Assembly: GCA_951406725.2 (NCBI GenBank)
Contig: OX597830.1
Coordinates: 47,554,001-47,618,000, forward strand
DNA length: 64,000 nucleotides
Origin: Octopus vulgaris
Taxonomy: Eukaryota
Reading direction: 5' to 3'
The first letter of the stretch is position 1. Each line of letters begins with the position of its first letter. This document shows, one piece after another, positions 51,260 through 63,146 of the stretch. Under the pieces are notes generated by a model. It was not told the origin of the DNA. It made no database searches and saw only the letters and a list, made by a program, of their open reading frames with translations. The position numbers and the translations under genes were made by a program.

Positions 51260-52250
51260 GAAGATAGACTTAGAAAGGACCTGATTAGTACCCTAGGCTC
51301 CATGGGACTCAAGATCACCATTGAGACTAATCTCACCACCGTAGGCTTTCTAGATGTTACGTAAGACCTGGGCTCAGGTCCACACAGGCCCTATCACAAG
51401 CCAAACGAGAGGCTGTCCTACATCGACATGGCCCCCTTCCACCCCACTATTGTGTTCATGAACCTAGTGAAGGTTATCAGCAATAGGATCTTGAATCTAT
51501 CGACTGGCCGAGATATCTTCGGCGCTGCCGCCCCCTACATTTCCAACATGCAAGGCACGGCCACTACAGCGACAACAGACATACCAGCCCCGTCAGGCCA
51601 ATGCGCCATAATGATAGAGTGCCAGCAACACCGGTGGCACGAAAAACATCCCCAGGCCCGGAGCCAACCAGAGATACACCCTGTAAATACATCGGATCGG
51701 CCAGCACCCTGCAATCACCAGTCATCCTTCAGGCTCTCAGAAAGACGTTACGTTACGTTCATGGCCAGCCATGTCTGGCATCTCAAAGATCAAGGAACCC
51801 CATATGATATCAGGTGGAAGATCTTAGAACAACCTGGCCCCTATACTAATGGGAGTGGGCTTTGCAAAATCTGCATCACTGAACGAGCCAAAATTCTTTA
51901 AAACTATGCTACGCCTGGCTCGCTGAACACTCGTAAAGGAATATGTACACTGTATGTCCATTTCAAGTGCTACCTCCTGCAAAATTCGGATTCGCCGCTC
52001 GCTGATTAGGCTTGTAAGAGACCTTAGGAAATAGGTCCCCATCTCCGATTAAACCTTGGTCCAGGGCAGACAACCTGTCCTCACTAACAGTTTTTTTCTT
52101 CTCCGATAGCCGTTTGACCAGTTGTCCATAGTGTTTCTCCACCTCCGCAAAGTGAAGAATCAAATTGTCTTTGTATAAAGCTTTATGAGCTGTCCACAAG
52201 GTTGCGGCTTTGGTGGATGCGAAACCATTGGTCACTCTATGACCAGAATT
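51260..52250 (+). pseudogene. Penelope-like element (Naiad-like) relic: RT palm/thumb, GIY-YIG end and 3' hammerhead relic
   Basis: GLKITIETNLTTVGFLDVT*DL..RPYHKPNERLSYID..HP; SHVWHLKD..IRWKIL..CKICITE; gc-gaaa-cc-att-gg-tc-actc at 52219-52237. Confidence 0.82.
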
Positions 52251-52587
52251 TAGCTTTAGTGATTTAAAGCTCTGCTGCTCTATTCTTTAGAGTGTTTGCT
52301 TCTTATTCAATCCACTTTCCGCCGGCGTCACTGAAAATAGTGAATTTGTTTCAATTGATTTTGACGTCTTTCTGCAAAAAATTGTTACTGTACATGCAAA
52401 AATAAATAACTAAGAAATAATAAATAAAAAATTTATTCTTAACTTTAATATTTTCCTTGCTTTTGCTTTTTTTTTTGTAATATTTTTATTGCTTTAATAT
52501 AGAATGTTCATGTCTTTTTTTATGTTGTTGTTGTCGTTGTTTTGCTCCGTTTTATTGTTTAAGAGAATCTTTAATCTAATATTGGAT

Positions 52588-53760
52588 TCAAAGATCGGCT
52601 AAAAAACTATCAATTTTCTTCTGGAAGTCTTCACTCAATACTTTCTTCTTCAATTCTTCATTGATTGGCAAAACTTTAGGCTCTTCTTTGTCTCCAGACA
52701 CGAGTGACTGGAGACTTTGATCGACCATTTCTTCGAGCGTCTTCATACAGGCATCGATTTCAATAGAATCCATTTTATCAAGGTCTTTCTTAACAAATTT
52801 TGCGACAGGATCATTTTCCGATGGCGAATCCCCTCCACTGCCTTTCACAAAAGTGTTGGATCTTGGTAATTCTCCGTTTTTTACTGCAGCAGAGTTTTCT
52901 GATGGCTGATCAATCTTGTCTTCTGATGAATTTTCCAGTTTTGGATCACTTGATTCTGCTGGAGTTTTTCCTTCTGTAGGTTCTTCAGATTTCGGCTGCG
53001 TTAATGATGGAGATTCTGCAAGACCCTCATCGCTAGATCCTGAAGGTACTTCAGAGTTATTCTCAGTTGATGCGTGGATAGAAGCATCTACATTTTGATT
53101 AGTTGGTGTTTCTGAATTATCAGATCCTAATTCGATGTGTCCTGACGCATCTTTCTCTGCAGAATTTGTTCTGGAAGTTTCCGTCTTCCCTGAGTCTTGA
53201 AGCGAACTATCATCGTTTTCGCTATTTGCATTTACTTCGGCAGAGGAAGAACCGGCTGTTAATCGCAACTCATCGGAGTCTGTGGAAGAATCGCCGTCTT
53301 TTACATTAATCGATGCATCTATAGAATCCTCAGCACCATTGTTTTGTCGGTTGGTTGAATTTTGAACGGATGTTTTAGATTTCGTGTCTGTCTGTGAATT
53401 TCCGGCATTATCATCATCAGCAGCAGCCTCCTCGTCTGCTTTTCCGGTCGATGTGGGACTGCTTCCCGGACTACGTGATCTTTGTTGCTGTTGTTGTTCT
53501 TGTTCGTTTACTTGCAGGTTATCTGAAGAATTTGTTGAATGTTTTTCTTGAGATCTTTCATCGGAGGCTGCTGTAGCCTTATCACTATCTTTGGAATTAT
53601 TATTACCATTATTATCACCATCATTACCATTATTATCATTATTATTATCATTATTATTAGTTGTATTACTGACTGATTGGCTGCGGGCGGAAGAGGCTGA
53701 GCCAGGACGACTTCCTTCTTGGCGATTTTTTTGCTTGCTGTCTTTGACCTCTTCAGACTC
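52588..53760 (-). CDS. Large terminal exon (390 aa) of an unidentified gene: acidic Ser/Asn/Asp/Glu-rich disordered region with a probably helical C-terminus
   Basis: 1173-nt stop-free frame; strong acceptor ttctctcttctatttggcag| at 53761; TGA at 52588-52590; AATAAA on the minus strand at 52551, 52485 and 52432. Confidence 0.8.
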   Translation of the reverse strand, partial: ESEEVKDSKQKNRQEGSRPGSASSARSQSVSNTTNNNDNNNDNNGNDGDNNGNNNSKDSDKATAASDERSQEKHSTNSSDNLQVNEQEQQQQQRSRSPGSSPTSTGKADEEAAADDDNAGNSQTDTKSKTSVQNSTNRQNNGAEDSIDASINVKDGDSSTDSDELRLTAGSSSAEVNANSENDDSSLQDSGKTETSRTNSAEKDASGHIELGSDNSETPTNQNVDASIHASTENNSEVPSGSSDEGLAESPSLTQPKSEEPTEGKTPAESSDPKLENSSEDKIDQPSENSAAVKNGELPRSNTFVKGSGGDSPSENDPVAKFVKKDLDKMDSIEIDACMKTLEEMVDQSLQSLVSGDKEEPKVLPINEELKKKVLSEDFQKKIDSFLADL

Positions 53761-53813
53761 CTGCCAAATAGAAGAGAGAAATATTATATATATATATATA
53801 TATATACATACAT

Positions 53814-53857
<44 letters not shown>

Positions 53858-54422
53858 TTATTCAGCTTATTTGAAGATTTCTTGCCATAGAGAAAAAACC
53901 GGTTTCTAACCTAGATCCAAGGCTTCTTTGTTGGAATTTCAGATCAACAAAGTATGTGTGTGTGTGTGTGTGTGTGACTGTATGTATTTATGCCTGTATA
54001 TTAAAAAATTACACTGAAGGGCAATAAAGGAACAAACGGAAAAGATCGCTTACAAGACGTGGACAGGCTCATTCCTCGTCAGTTGTCGTTAAAGAATCAT
54101 AATAATTTCGTGTCTTTAACCACACTCATACACACACACAGACAAATTAATATTATATTTGCAAGTAGTATTACGAATCAAGTACAAAGAACTCAGTAGG
54201 TTTAGTAAATATATTTTGTTTTAGTGAGACATAAATTGCACAAAGTAATATTCGTTTCGTAAAACTGAGAAATAAATTAGAAAAATATAAATAAATAAAT
54301 AAAGAAAGAAATAGAAGTTTGTTACTGAAAGCCGGAGAATGGAGAAGCTGTCGTTGGAATAAGTTTTGTCTGACATGCCTTGGCAAAACAGTGAGTCTGG
54401 TTTAGAATACTGGATTTTACCG

Positions 54423-54482
<60 letters not shown>

Positions 54483-55169
54483 CTCCAGCATTTAAGCTGA
54501 AACATTTTGAAGATTATATTCGCACACTCGATCATAAGACGTCCGTTTTCCATCTAAAATTCATGTTTACTATCATAATTTTCTTGATATTTAAATCTTA
54601 TAATCTATTCAGTTTCGTGTGGTTACATATCGTCTGCTTATCTTATTCAAGATGTCAGACGTTAGTAGAAATTGTCCCGCTAAAATGGCGACGAATTCAA
54701 GTGAAAATGACGTGCCGAACGTAAATAAAAGCAAATTGATATCGTAATTTCTGACATACAACGGTCGCCGTCATCTTTGGATTATTAGATAGATTGGAAA
54801 AAAAAGATGTTTTCTATTTCTCAAATGAAATTCATATTTATATTATAATATACAGTAATATAAGTGTTAAAAATTGGCGGAAAATAATTGTTTAATAATG
54901 TCTTAATCGAAATTATTTCAAAAGTGTATTGTAGTCTTAAATTTGAAGAATTCATAAGCTTAGAATTACAAATAAAGCGTTAGAATTTCTTTCAAGTTTG
55001 TGGTTTCAGTTAAGTTCATGGAATTTTCGAAAGTGCTATGCTAGATGCAACATTATAGACGAGGTTTGTTGTTTACAGCGCAGACGTCTGTTGTTCCACG
55101 TGGAAGTCCATCGCTCTTTGGACATCGCTTTACTCTGGAATTGCAACTGTTCTTCATCTGTAAAGGATT

Positions 55170-56020
55170 TTGCCATCAACAAGGACGCTGACAGCTTCTG
55201 CAATCACTGTAAAAAAAGGGGCAGAAAACAATCCCGACAGAACACTGAATCGTGTACAATTATCAAAGGCCAACCACCGAATGACTGCAATTAACATTAA
55301 GCAGTTTCTGGACATACACATCAGACGCATACTATCTCTGAGAAATCTTCTTGGACAGGCTGAGCGACTCGGAATACAAAAATAGAAAGAAAAAAGAAAA
55401 CAGATTTTCATTTCCGTAAAGAACCGAAAAGTATCGAATTCGATGGATTCGACACAGACTAGATCTTTGTGAAGTGGAGTCTTGTGGAAGGACAAATCCA
55501 AATGGAGCCAGTTCTGGTCTGATAGTAAGATATAAGCAACATACTGTTCCTGGCGGAGTTCTAAATCTGAGCTGTCTCCAGAGAACTTTAAAGGAAGTGA
55601 GGCTGTAGCATGGTCTGGAGAGGTTCTCGCCGCAAGATTTTAGCTTCATTCATTGTATGACCGGCACAATGGAACTAGAAGTGTACAAAGCCATTTTGAG
55701 GGACGCTCTTTTACTGTGTGATCAGTTGCCACTTAAATCATCGATCCTGATGACCTCAAACCCTGCATGCTCCGCTCCTCTAATCAAGCTGATTTCCTGG
55801 TATGCTCAATCCTTCGATCTCACTCTGATCTAAAACTTTTGAGCTGAAGTCGATCATTTCAACAAAGTTCAGGGGTCGTTGAACCTCAGTACTGTCTTCA
55901 GCCTCATCAAATAATCCTAGCCTCGAACCACCATTCCTCATTGCCAGAACCTGATCAAGTTCGTCTCTCCCACATGTTGCCAAATCATTGAGAGAAAATG
56001 CATCGCACTGAATTTTGACC
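55170..56020 (+). pseudogene. Highly decayed Tc1-like transposase
   Basis: Collinear fragments across frames: SKANHRMTA, FISVKNRK, CSMVWRG, IHCMTGTMELEVYKAILRD, SWYAQSFDLTLI*NF* (cf. WPSQSPDLNPIE) and CQNLIK. Confidence 0.72.
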
Positions 56021-56734
56021 TGTGGACATTTTGCTCAGTCAGAAATCAGCTGTTGTTTGTGTTTATAATAATATTTTCACTTCTGAATGTAAATGTGTGA
56101 TGTGTAGAATTCGGTATGAAATGCGAAAATTAAACACATTGGAATAAAAGATTTTTCTATGTAAAACTTATTGTTATGTGTTTATAGAATATTTTAAGCA
56201 ATATAAAATAATATCGGTTTTGTTGGTCAATTTAATAAAAAGAAATCATATTACTGAAATTGGAAGAAAATCTGTTCAATGGTTCCAAACGTGGCAATCA
56301 CTAAAGACACTTTCAGTAAGACGGGTACAGGCGTTCTCCTATTGATTACCCCCACTACTTCGCTGATTCAGTTTTCATAGATTCTTAAGGGCTTAAAGCA
56401 AATGTCTCTAAGAGGGGATCTTGAATGGTCAGCTACAAATTAAAGTAGACACAATCCGAGGTTGATTAAATCATTTGATTTTATATCTTAACCGCTCAGG
56501 CTTATTTTATGGTCAATGTTCTGAAATTTGTTGCTGGAAGATTCGAAGAGAAGCAACATGAAACATTCAGGAGTGGGAAACATCGCTACCCACCGACCAA
56601 TTTCGGGATTTTATTGTAGAAGTGGGATTAAAGAGGATTAATACACTCAACGCTACCAGAAATAGGGGAGAAGTCATTGATTCAGAGTATCGTCCCGTAT
56701 CTGTAACCAAACACTAAATTACCCCGTTTGTAAT

Positions 56735-57309
56735 CGAAACCACACATCAGGACTGGGGACTGCAGCCTTCAAAGCAATTACAAGTTCTCTCAAACTGTTA
56801 TGGTCATTAGGTGTGTCCCTAGTGAGAGCGACGTCATGCTGTCCCATATCTTTGAAATGGGCCTTAGGATCAATTCAGACCGTTATGTGAAGCTTCCGAA
56901 GAACGCGGTCAAACCCTGGCGGGAGAGGGTTGCTACTGGGAGGCCAGATGTGCGGCAGCAGGGTTCGGCTTCTTCTCTTAGCCCTAATTTCTGGCCTCCT
57001 AATTACCCCATTTGTAATCCCCTGGATTACTATGTGTGGGGCACGGTTGCGAAAGACAAAGCTGAGCTAGTCGCCAAGATCAAGGAAGAGCGCCGAGATC
57101 TTCTCAGAGACACAGTGAGGAACGTATGTGCCAGATTCCGGAGCCGTGTTGAGGCCGTGGGGGTAAAGTGAGGGCAGCTACTTAAAGTAAACTGTTATCT
57201 CCCATTCATAATCTCGTTGACATGTTTTGATTTGTTAAAATACTTTTTTTTATGGTTGGGACATTGTTTTCTTTCCTTCATGCAAACTGTCAAATTTAAC
57301 CCGAACACC

Positions 57310-57312
<3 letters not shown>
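56735..57312 (+). pseudogene. maT-type Tc1/mariner fragment with right TIR
   Basis: GRPDVRQQG, FWPPNYPICNPLDYYVWG, CARFRSRVEAV; ends aacccgaacaccctg|TA. Confidence 0.78.
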
Positions 57313-57344
<32 letters not shown>

Positions 57345-57999
57345 TATATACAAGTATATAAAAATAGAGAAACAATTTAGAATCAGAAATAGATTTATTA
57401 CAAAACTGGATTCAATGCATACGTACGTTTCGAGAACAATGCAAATGTGTAAGAAAAAAAAATTTTTTAATCATAGTAATTATAATTAGAATTATGCATT
57501 GTCATTCTCCTCGGTGTGAGGAATCTCTTGAAGAACATCACGAAATTTTAATAAGATGAAATAGAATAAAATAAAATAAAAATAAAACAAGATACGATAA
57601 GAGAACAGAAATGGGGCAGTAAAGGGAAATCGGATAATTTACAAACCAAGTTGTGAAAGGGCAAAATAATAACAACAATAATAATAGTGAGAGAGACGAA
57701 AAAGAAAAAGAAAGACATATCAATGTGTATGCAAGACTATGTGTGCAGTAAAACTATAAGACAAGAATCTAAAACATAGAATTAAAAACATAGTAACAGG
57801 TCGAGACGAAGTACAATTCAAGCAAAGTCACGTGTGCCGAGCAGAGTACAACGTAACAATTTCACTAGCATGTGTGTATACACACACACACTCATGTTTA
57901 CACCACCCTCCCACACACAGAATGAGAAGAGAAATGGTTAACTTCTATTTTACTCACACAAAAAAAGTCGTTGGCAAATTTCATGCTCGGCTACTATTA

Positions 58000-58185
58000 G
58001 GAAGCACTCCGTCGGTTACGACGATGAGGGTTCCGGTTGATCCGAATCAACGGAACAGCCTGCTCGTGAAATTAACGTGTTAGGTGTTTTCGCTCAATAA
58101 ACACTCACAACGCCCGGTCTGGGAATCGAAACCGCGATCCTATGACCACGAGTCCGCTGCCATAACCACTGGGCCATTGCGCCTC
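58000..58185 (-). mobile_element. Internally deleted SINE family A
   Basis: Head and tail retained, middle missing; ctactatta on both flanks. Confidence 0.8.
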
Positions 58186-58287
58186 TACTATTATGGTTTA
58201 ATTAAAAGTAGGATTCGGGAAGTTTTTTTTTAGATGAAGAAAAGGGAGAACGACTCCACGTTGGAAGCTGCGTATGAAGGTATCGAG

Positions 58288-58521
58288 TTATTCGGGGCCA
58301 GAGACCAGGTCCGAATCCTTAGAAATTGAGTTGACTCCGATAAATGGTGGCGAAAGATGAGATGGCGTTGATGGTGATGATGGTAGGAAGCCAGGCAACA
58401 CATTTGAAAGGGGAAATGAGCGAAAAGACGGTTGTAACGCTAAAATGATTGACATCAGTGTCTGATCAGCATTGATGCCTTCATTCATGAAACGTTGAGA
58501 GACTGTAAGACAACGGTTCAT
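58288..58521 (-). CDS. Candidate terminal exon of an unidentified gene (77 aa, Pro/Ser-rich end)
   Basis: Acceptor gtcttcttacag| immediately precedes the only open frame; no homology recognised. Confidence 0.3.
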   Translation of the reverse strand: MNRCLTVSQRFMNEGINADQTLMSIILALQPSFRSFPLSNVLPGFLPSSPSTPSHLSPPFIGVNSISKDSDLVSGPE

Positions 58522-58869
58522 CTGTAAGAAGACACGGCTTGAAGGTAGGAGCGCGGTCTGTTAGATTAGGTGTTCAAGATACTTGATATGTGGACTGGGC
58601 CACAAAGGCAGACCAATCAATCACTGGTTTATGCTTAATCGATGACTCTTATAACACAACGGTTCGTTAAGTAGGTGTTCAAGATACTTGATATTGTGGA
58701 CCCAAAATAAAAAAAAACAAGTCAATTAAAAGGATGCAAGTAGTTAGTGTCATGAAAAAAGAAAGTTTTATGTGAAATCAATCAGTTGATCATTCATGGT
58801 TTATTGATAACCAATCAGACATCGATGAGTCACAGTCATCAATATTAAAGATGGCGATGCTAAAAGATA

Positions 58870-59020
58870 TCTTCTTCTTCTTCTTCTTCTTCTTCTTCTT
58901 CTTCTTCTTCTTCTTCTTCTTCTTCTTCTTCTTCTTCTTCTTCTTCTTCTTCTTCTTCTTCTTCTTCTTCTTCTTCTTCTCCTTCTTCTTCTTCTTCTTT
59001 TTCTTCTTCTTCTTTCTTTT
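58870..59020. repeat. (TTC)n microsatellite
   Basis: Direct reading. Confidence 0.95.
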
Positions 59021-59107
59021 TATAAAGATTTGTATTCGCCAAGTGAATCCTAATACAGATTCTTTCTTCCGGAAATAAAATGCTTCTGTCTCCCTACCCC
59101 TCCCTTG

Positions 59108-59140
<33 letters not shown>

Positions 59141-59602
59141 GTGATTGATTGATTGTAGAATGTGTATGATTGACCAACAGAATGTGAGTGATGTGACATT
59201 TCGTGATTTAAGGCGGCTTGGAAAACAGAATAATTAAAACTAACAGAAAATTATCCAGATTTTAAACTCTGGATAAAATCAATGGTTGTGCACTAGATAA
59301 TGTTCTCCAACGAACACTATGCCTCAAAAAAAAAAAATAGAAAAAAAAGAAAACGAAAGAAAGATGGTCCAATCATAGATGGAACACTTTCGACCATAGC
59401 TTTACTCGATCCGGCTAACCTGGGGCTAATCAACAGCCATTTTCTGCCGGCTGTCAAGTCCCCTATTTATAACCTCCGCTTGTAAATAAACCATTTACGA
59501 GAAACTCTTTATCTCAAAAGCCTAAAATAGAATTGTCGTTGGATTTGCGTCATTTGTTTCGCGTACACTCGGTCGGCCTTTTCTTTCTTCCTTCCTTTCT
59601 TC

Positions 59603-59696
<94 letters not shown>

Positions 59697-61221
59697 GTTT
59701 CTTTGCGTATCTATTATATGTACACGTGCATTGGTGCGCGCGCGCGAGTGCGTGGGAGTATACATGGATAGTACATTGTTTGTCTACACTCTTCAATGCT
59801 AGTGATGATGATGATGATGATGATGATGATTAGGAAGCTGGTTGCTGCCGGTTTTAATCGATAAACGACGATGACGAAGTCGAACGCTGCGACGACAATG
59901 AGGACGATGATGATGACAGCGATAACGATGGCGATGACAAGGGGGAAAGTGTGGCTGCTGCCAGACAACCAATGGAGTAATCATCAGTTAACTGAAATTA
60001 TCTGCGTAATTCTTTGATAAAACCTTCCCCCGCCTCTTGTACAACAACAAGGGAGAGAATTCCAGTAAGACCTGCTGACTGAAAGATTTGAAGAGACACT
60101 GTAGACTGGTTGGAGGAAACTGGTTATGAAAACCGAAAGCAATGGACATATTCCGGTCCTAACAGACCTCATCAACAAATTATATTCTACTTAGTTAACC
60201 AGGAATGGTTCGAGCCAATATGGTAGCCTCTACTTGATCGTTCAATCAGCACAAATTGGCAGTGAAATCTCATTCAAATCAAATCCTAAAACCATTTCAA
60301 ATAAAAGAATCTCTCTTCTCAAAGAATAATGGAGAATGTATTCCTCGGCAAAATACGTCTACCGGTGAAATGCCTTCAGTCACAAGTTTGTTCAAACTGA
60401 TCTGATCGAAGCATAAATCGAAGACAAAATTGTTTGCTTGCTTTAACATCATCACTAGCAGAGCCCGCAAGGTCTCAATATATCGGGTCAGATCTCGGCA
60501 CCGAACATGGCAGCTTCTTCCCTGATTTAGACATTACAAAAGAAAGGAACCGACCCACTTATGCAGCAGGATTGTATTATTTTCACTGCTATAAGTAGCG
60601 ACATTACTGTACAACTGGATTGGACATCCCTGGCTTCTAAAACTGAATGCAGTCCCTCAGGAAAAGCTGTTTGCCAACAACACACTGACCATGTGCTGCA
60701 GATTTACCTGTCTACATTTCACGCTCTCAAGGCAGAGTTGAGCGCAGACACATGGTTTCTTTTTATTGGCCAAGGTTTCGCTTGTTATTGTTATTGTTTT
60801 GTTTTTTGCCTGCACGCCACTCCTGATTGCGCCCACCTTGGCTCAAAGACGCACCTGACATGATTACACCATCTTTATTTCAGATAGAAATATATCTTTC
60901 AGATCTCGTGTGTCATTCAGGCGACAAAAAAATCCTTAACTCCGATCATTAGCTTCGAATGCATGCACGCATGCGCACATAGGCACAGCAATGACTGTGT
61001 TTAAGAAGCTCGCGTTGCGGCAACATAGTTCCGAGTTCAGTCCCACTTCGCGGCACCTTGGCCAAGTGACTTCCACAATAGTCCCGGACCAACCAGCGCC
61101 TTGTGAGTGAATTTAGTAGACAGAAACTAAAAGAAGCCTGTCATGGCGGTGCTCCAGCATGGCCGCAGTCAAATGACTGAAATAAGTAAAAGAATAAAAG
61201 AATGTTTGTATGTATGCATGT

Positions 61222-61297
<76 letters not shown>

Positions 61298-61699
61298 ACT
61301 CACACAATTAAGCACTCACATATAACTTACATAAAGACATCCACCTCTACGCATATGCGCACGTTGAAACGGCCACACACCGTTTGTCTCTGACTGCAAT
61401 TAATCTTTGAGAGAATTATGACCTGTCAACAAACAGTTGTTAATTGGACATAATTATGTTTTGTCACGAAGGCTTCTGTACTCCGCGCAGTAACTGTAGT
61501 GTTTAGAGATTGACGCGGAGTGACATAGGCTTTGCTTGTGTTACTGAGTTACCATTGGCTGTAAGTCTCTAGATTAAATCCTGTTTTTACTTTTCATGCA
61601 GGGTTGTTGGTGTCTATCCTACAGCCAGCTCTGATCAAGCAGTCCTATCGTAAGAAGCAGTCAGACCATCGCTATTCTAACGGTGGATAGACAGAATTG

Positions 61700-61913
61700 A
61701 AGGCGGCGAGCTGGAAGAATCGTTAGTACGCTGGACGAAATGCTTAGCGGTATATCGTCTGCCGCTACGTTCTGAGTTCAAATTCCGCCGAGGTCGAATT
61801 AGCCTTTTATCCTTTCGGGGTCGATAAATTAAGCACCAGTTGCGTACTGGGATCGATATAATCGACTGGCCTCCTCCCCTAAAATTTCGGTTCTTGTGCC
61901 TAGAGTAGAAAAG
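61700..61913 (+). mobile_element. SINE family C with a long flanking duplication
   Basis: Matches 15226-15460; flanked by about 28-bp direct repeats (61674-61701 and 61914-61941). Confidence 0.8.
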
Positions 61914-62799
61914 ATTCTAGCGGTAGATAGACAGTATTGAAAGAGCGTCGAACAAAATTGTATTACCGTATTAAGTTATGGACCTTAGAATTGTGGTTTC
62001 TAATTTTGTCGAGGTCAGCTGCATTGACTTCGGCAACCTTGGCTGGATTAGATAAATAAGGGCAATGTTACCGAACTCTGTGCTTTTAGGAGTCGATAAA
62101 ATAAAGACCCGTCAGACTAACGCCGCAGACATGGCTGTCTGATGAAGAAGTTTGCTTTGCAATTATGCGGCTTCAGATTCGATCGCACTGCACGGCATCT
62201 TAGGTAAATACCTTCAATCATAACCTCGGGTCAGCCAAGGATATTGTGATGAGAAGAATTTGGTTGAAGAAAACTGTGCAGTAGACCGTTGCGTGTATAC
62301 ACACCTCCATCCATATGGTGGTGGTGGTGGTGGTGGTGGTGGTGGTGGTGGTGGTGGTGGTGGTGATGGTGGTGGTGTGGGGATATTGGAAAGTATTTTT
62401 TTATTGAACTAATTTTATTTATAGCAACCATTGCATGTGCAATCATTCATCGTCTGCTCACTGAAATCCCCCCCCCCCCCCTTGATATTTGTTTATAAGG
62501 GTTAATTTAGCCTAAACACTGGATTCACAAGAAACATGGTCGCACGCCACCCGTGAAAGGATGCGCAGATACAGAGCACGGATCAGAGAGGAACAGCAAG
62601 AAGATATAATGAAAAGAGAGAAAAGACGAACACTGACGGAGACTTGAGAAAATGAATGAAGAACGAACATCAAGAATATCCAAAGAAAGCTAAACTATGG
62701 ATGCTAGAGAAATGCAAAGTGTCCTTTCTTTCTTAAATAGATCCTCTAAATTTCTTGCATTCGGTGGCATTTTCACGGGTCCTACTAGTATATATATAA

Positions 62800-62841
<42 letters not shown>

Positions 62842-62961
62842 TGTATGCAAGTACGTATGTATCGCGCGAGAATAGATTTATGTTTCTGCAATTCATTCTA
62901 AATGTGAATGAAATTATAAACGATCCCGTCTTCCCCAAACTATTATAAAGGAATAGTGTAC

Positions 62962-63146
62962 CTAGGACTACATAAGCTGGTGTGTTCTTTTCCCTTCTTT
63001 AAGACGGTAGATCCAACACACTGCTTATGAATCGAACCCGAATCACTGTGCTCGAACGTAAAGACACGAACAAGATTGATGGCGTCAGCAAATAACTGAT
63101 CAGTCAAATCTCTAATAGAAATCACTGTACCCGAACGAAAAGACAA
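62962..63146 (-). CDS. Candidate internal exon of an unidentified gene
   Basis: Acceptor tttgtgttacttag|, donor ag|gtacac, only one open frame (LSFRSGTVISIRDLTDQLFADAINLVRVFTF...). Confidence 0.35.

Noticed and set aside
54685-54720. ATG GCG ACG... as first coding exon of a plus-strand gene
   Set aside because: The downstream candidate exon runs into the Tc1 relic with stops; kept only as a YY1-like motif.
55780-55983. Protein-like minus-strand ORF with an upstream AG
   Set aside because: The opposite strand carries collinear Tc1 transposase motifs, so this is probably a shadow frame.
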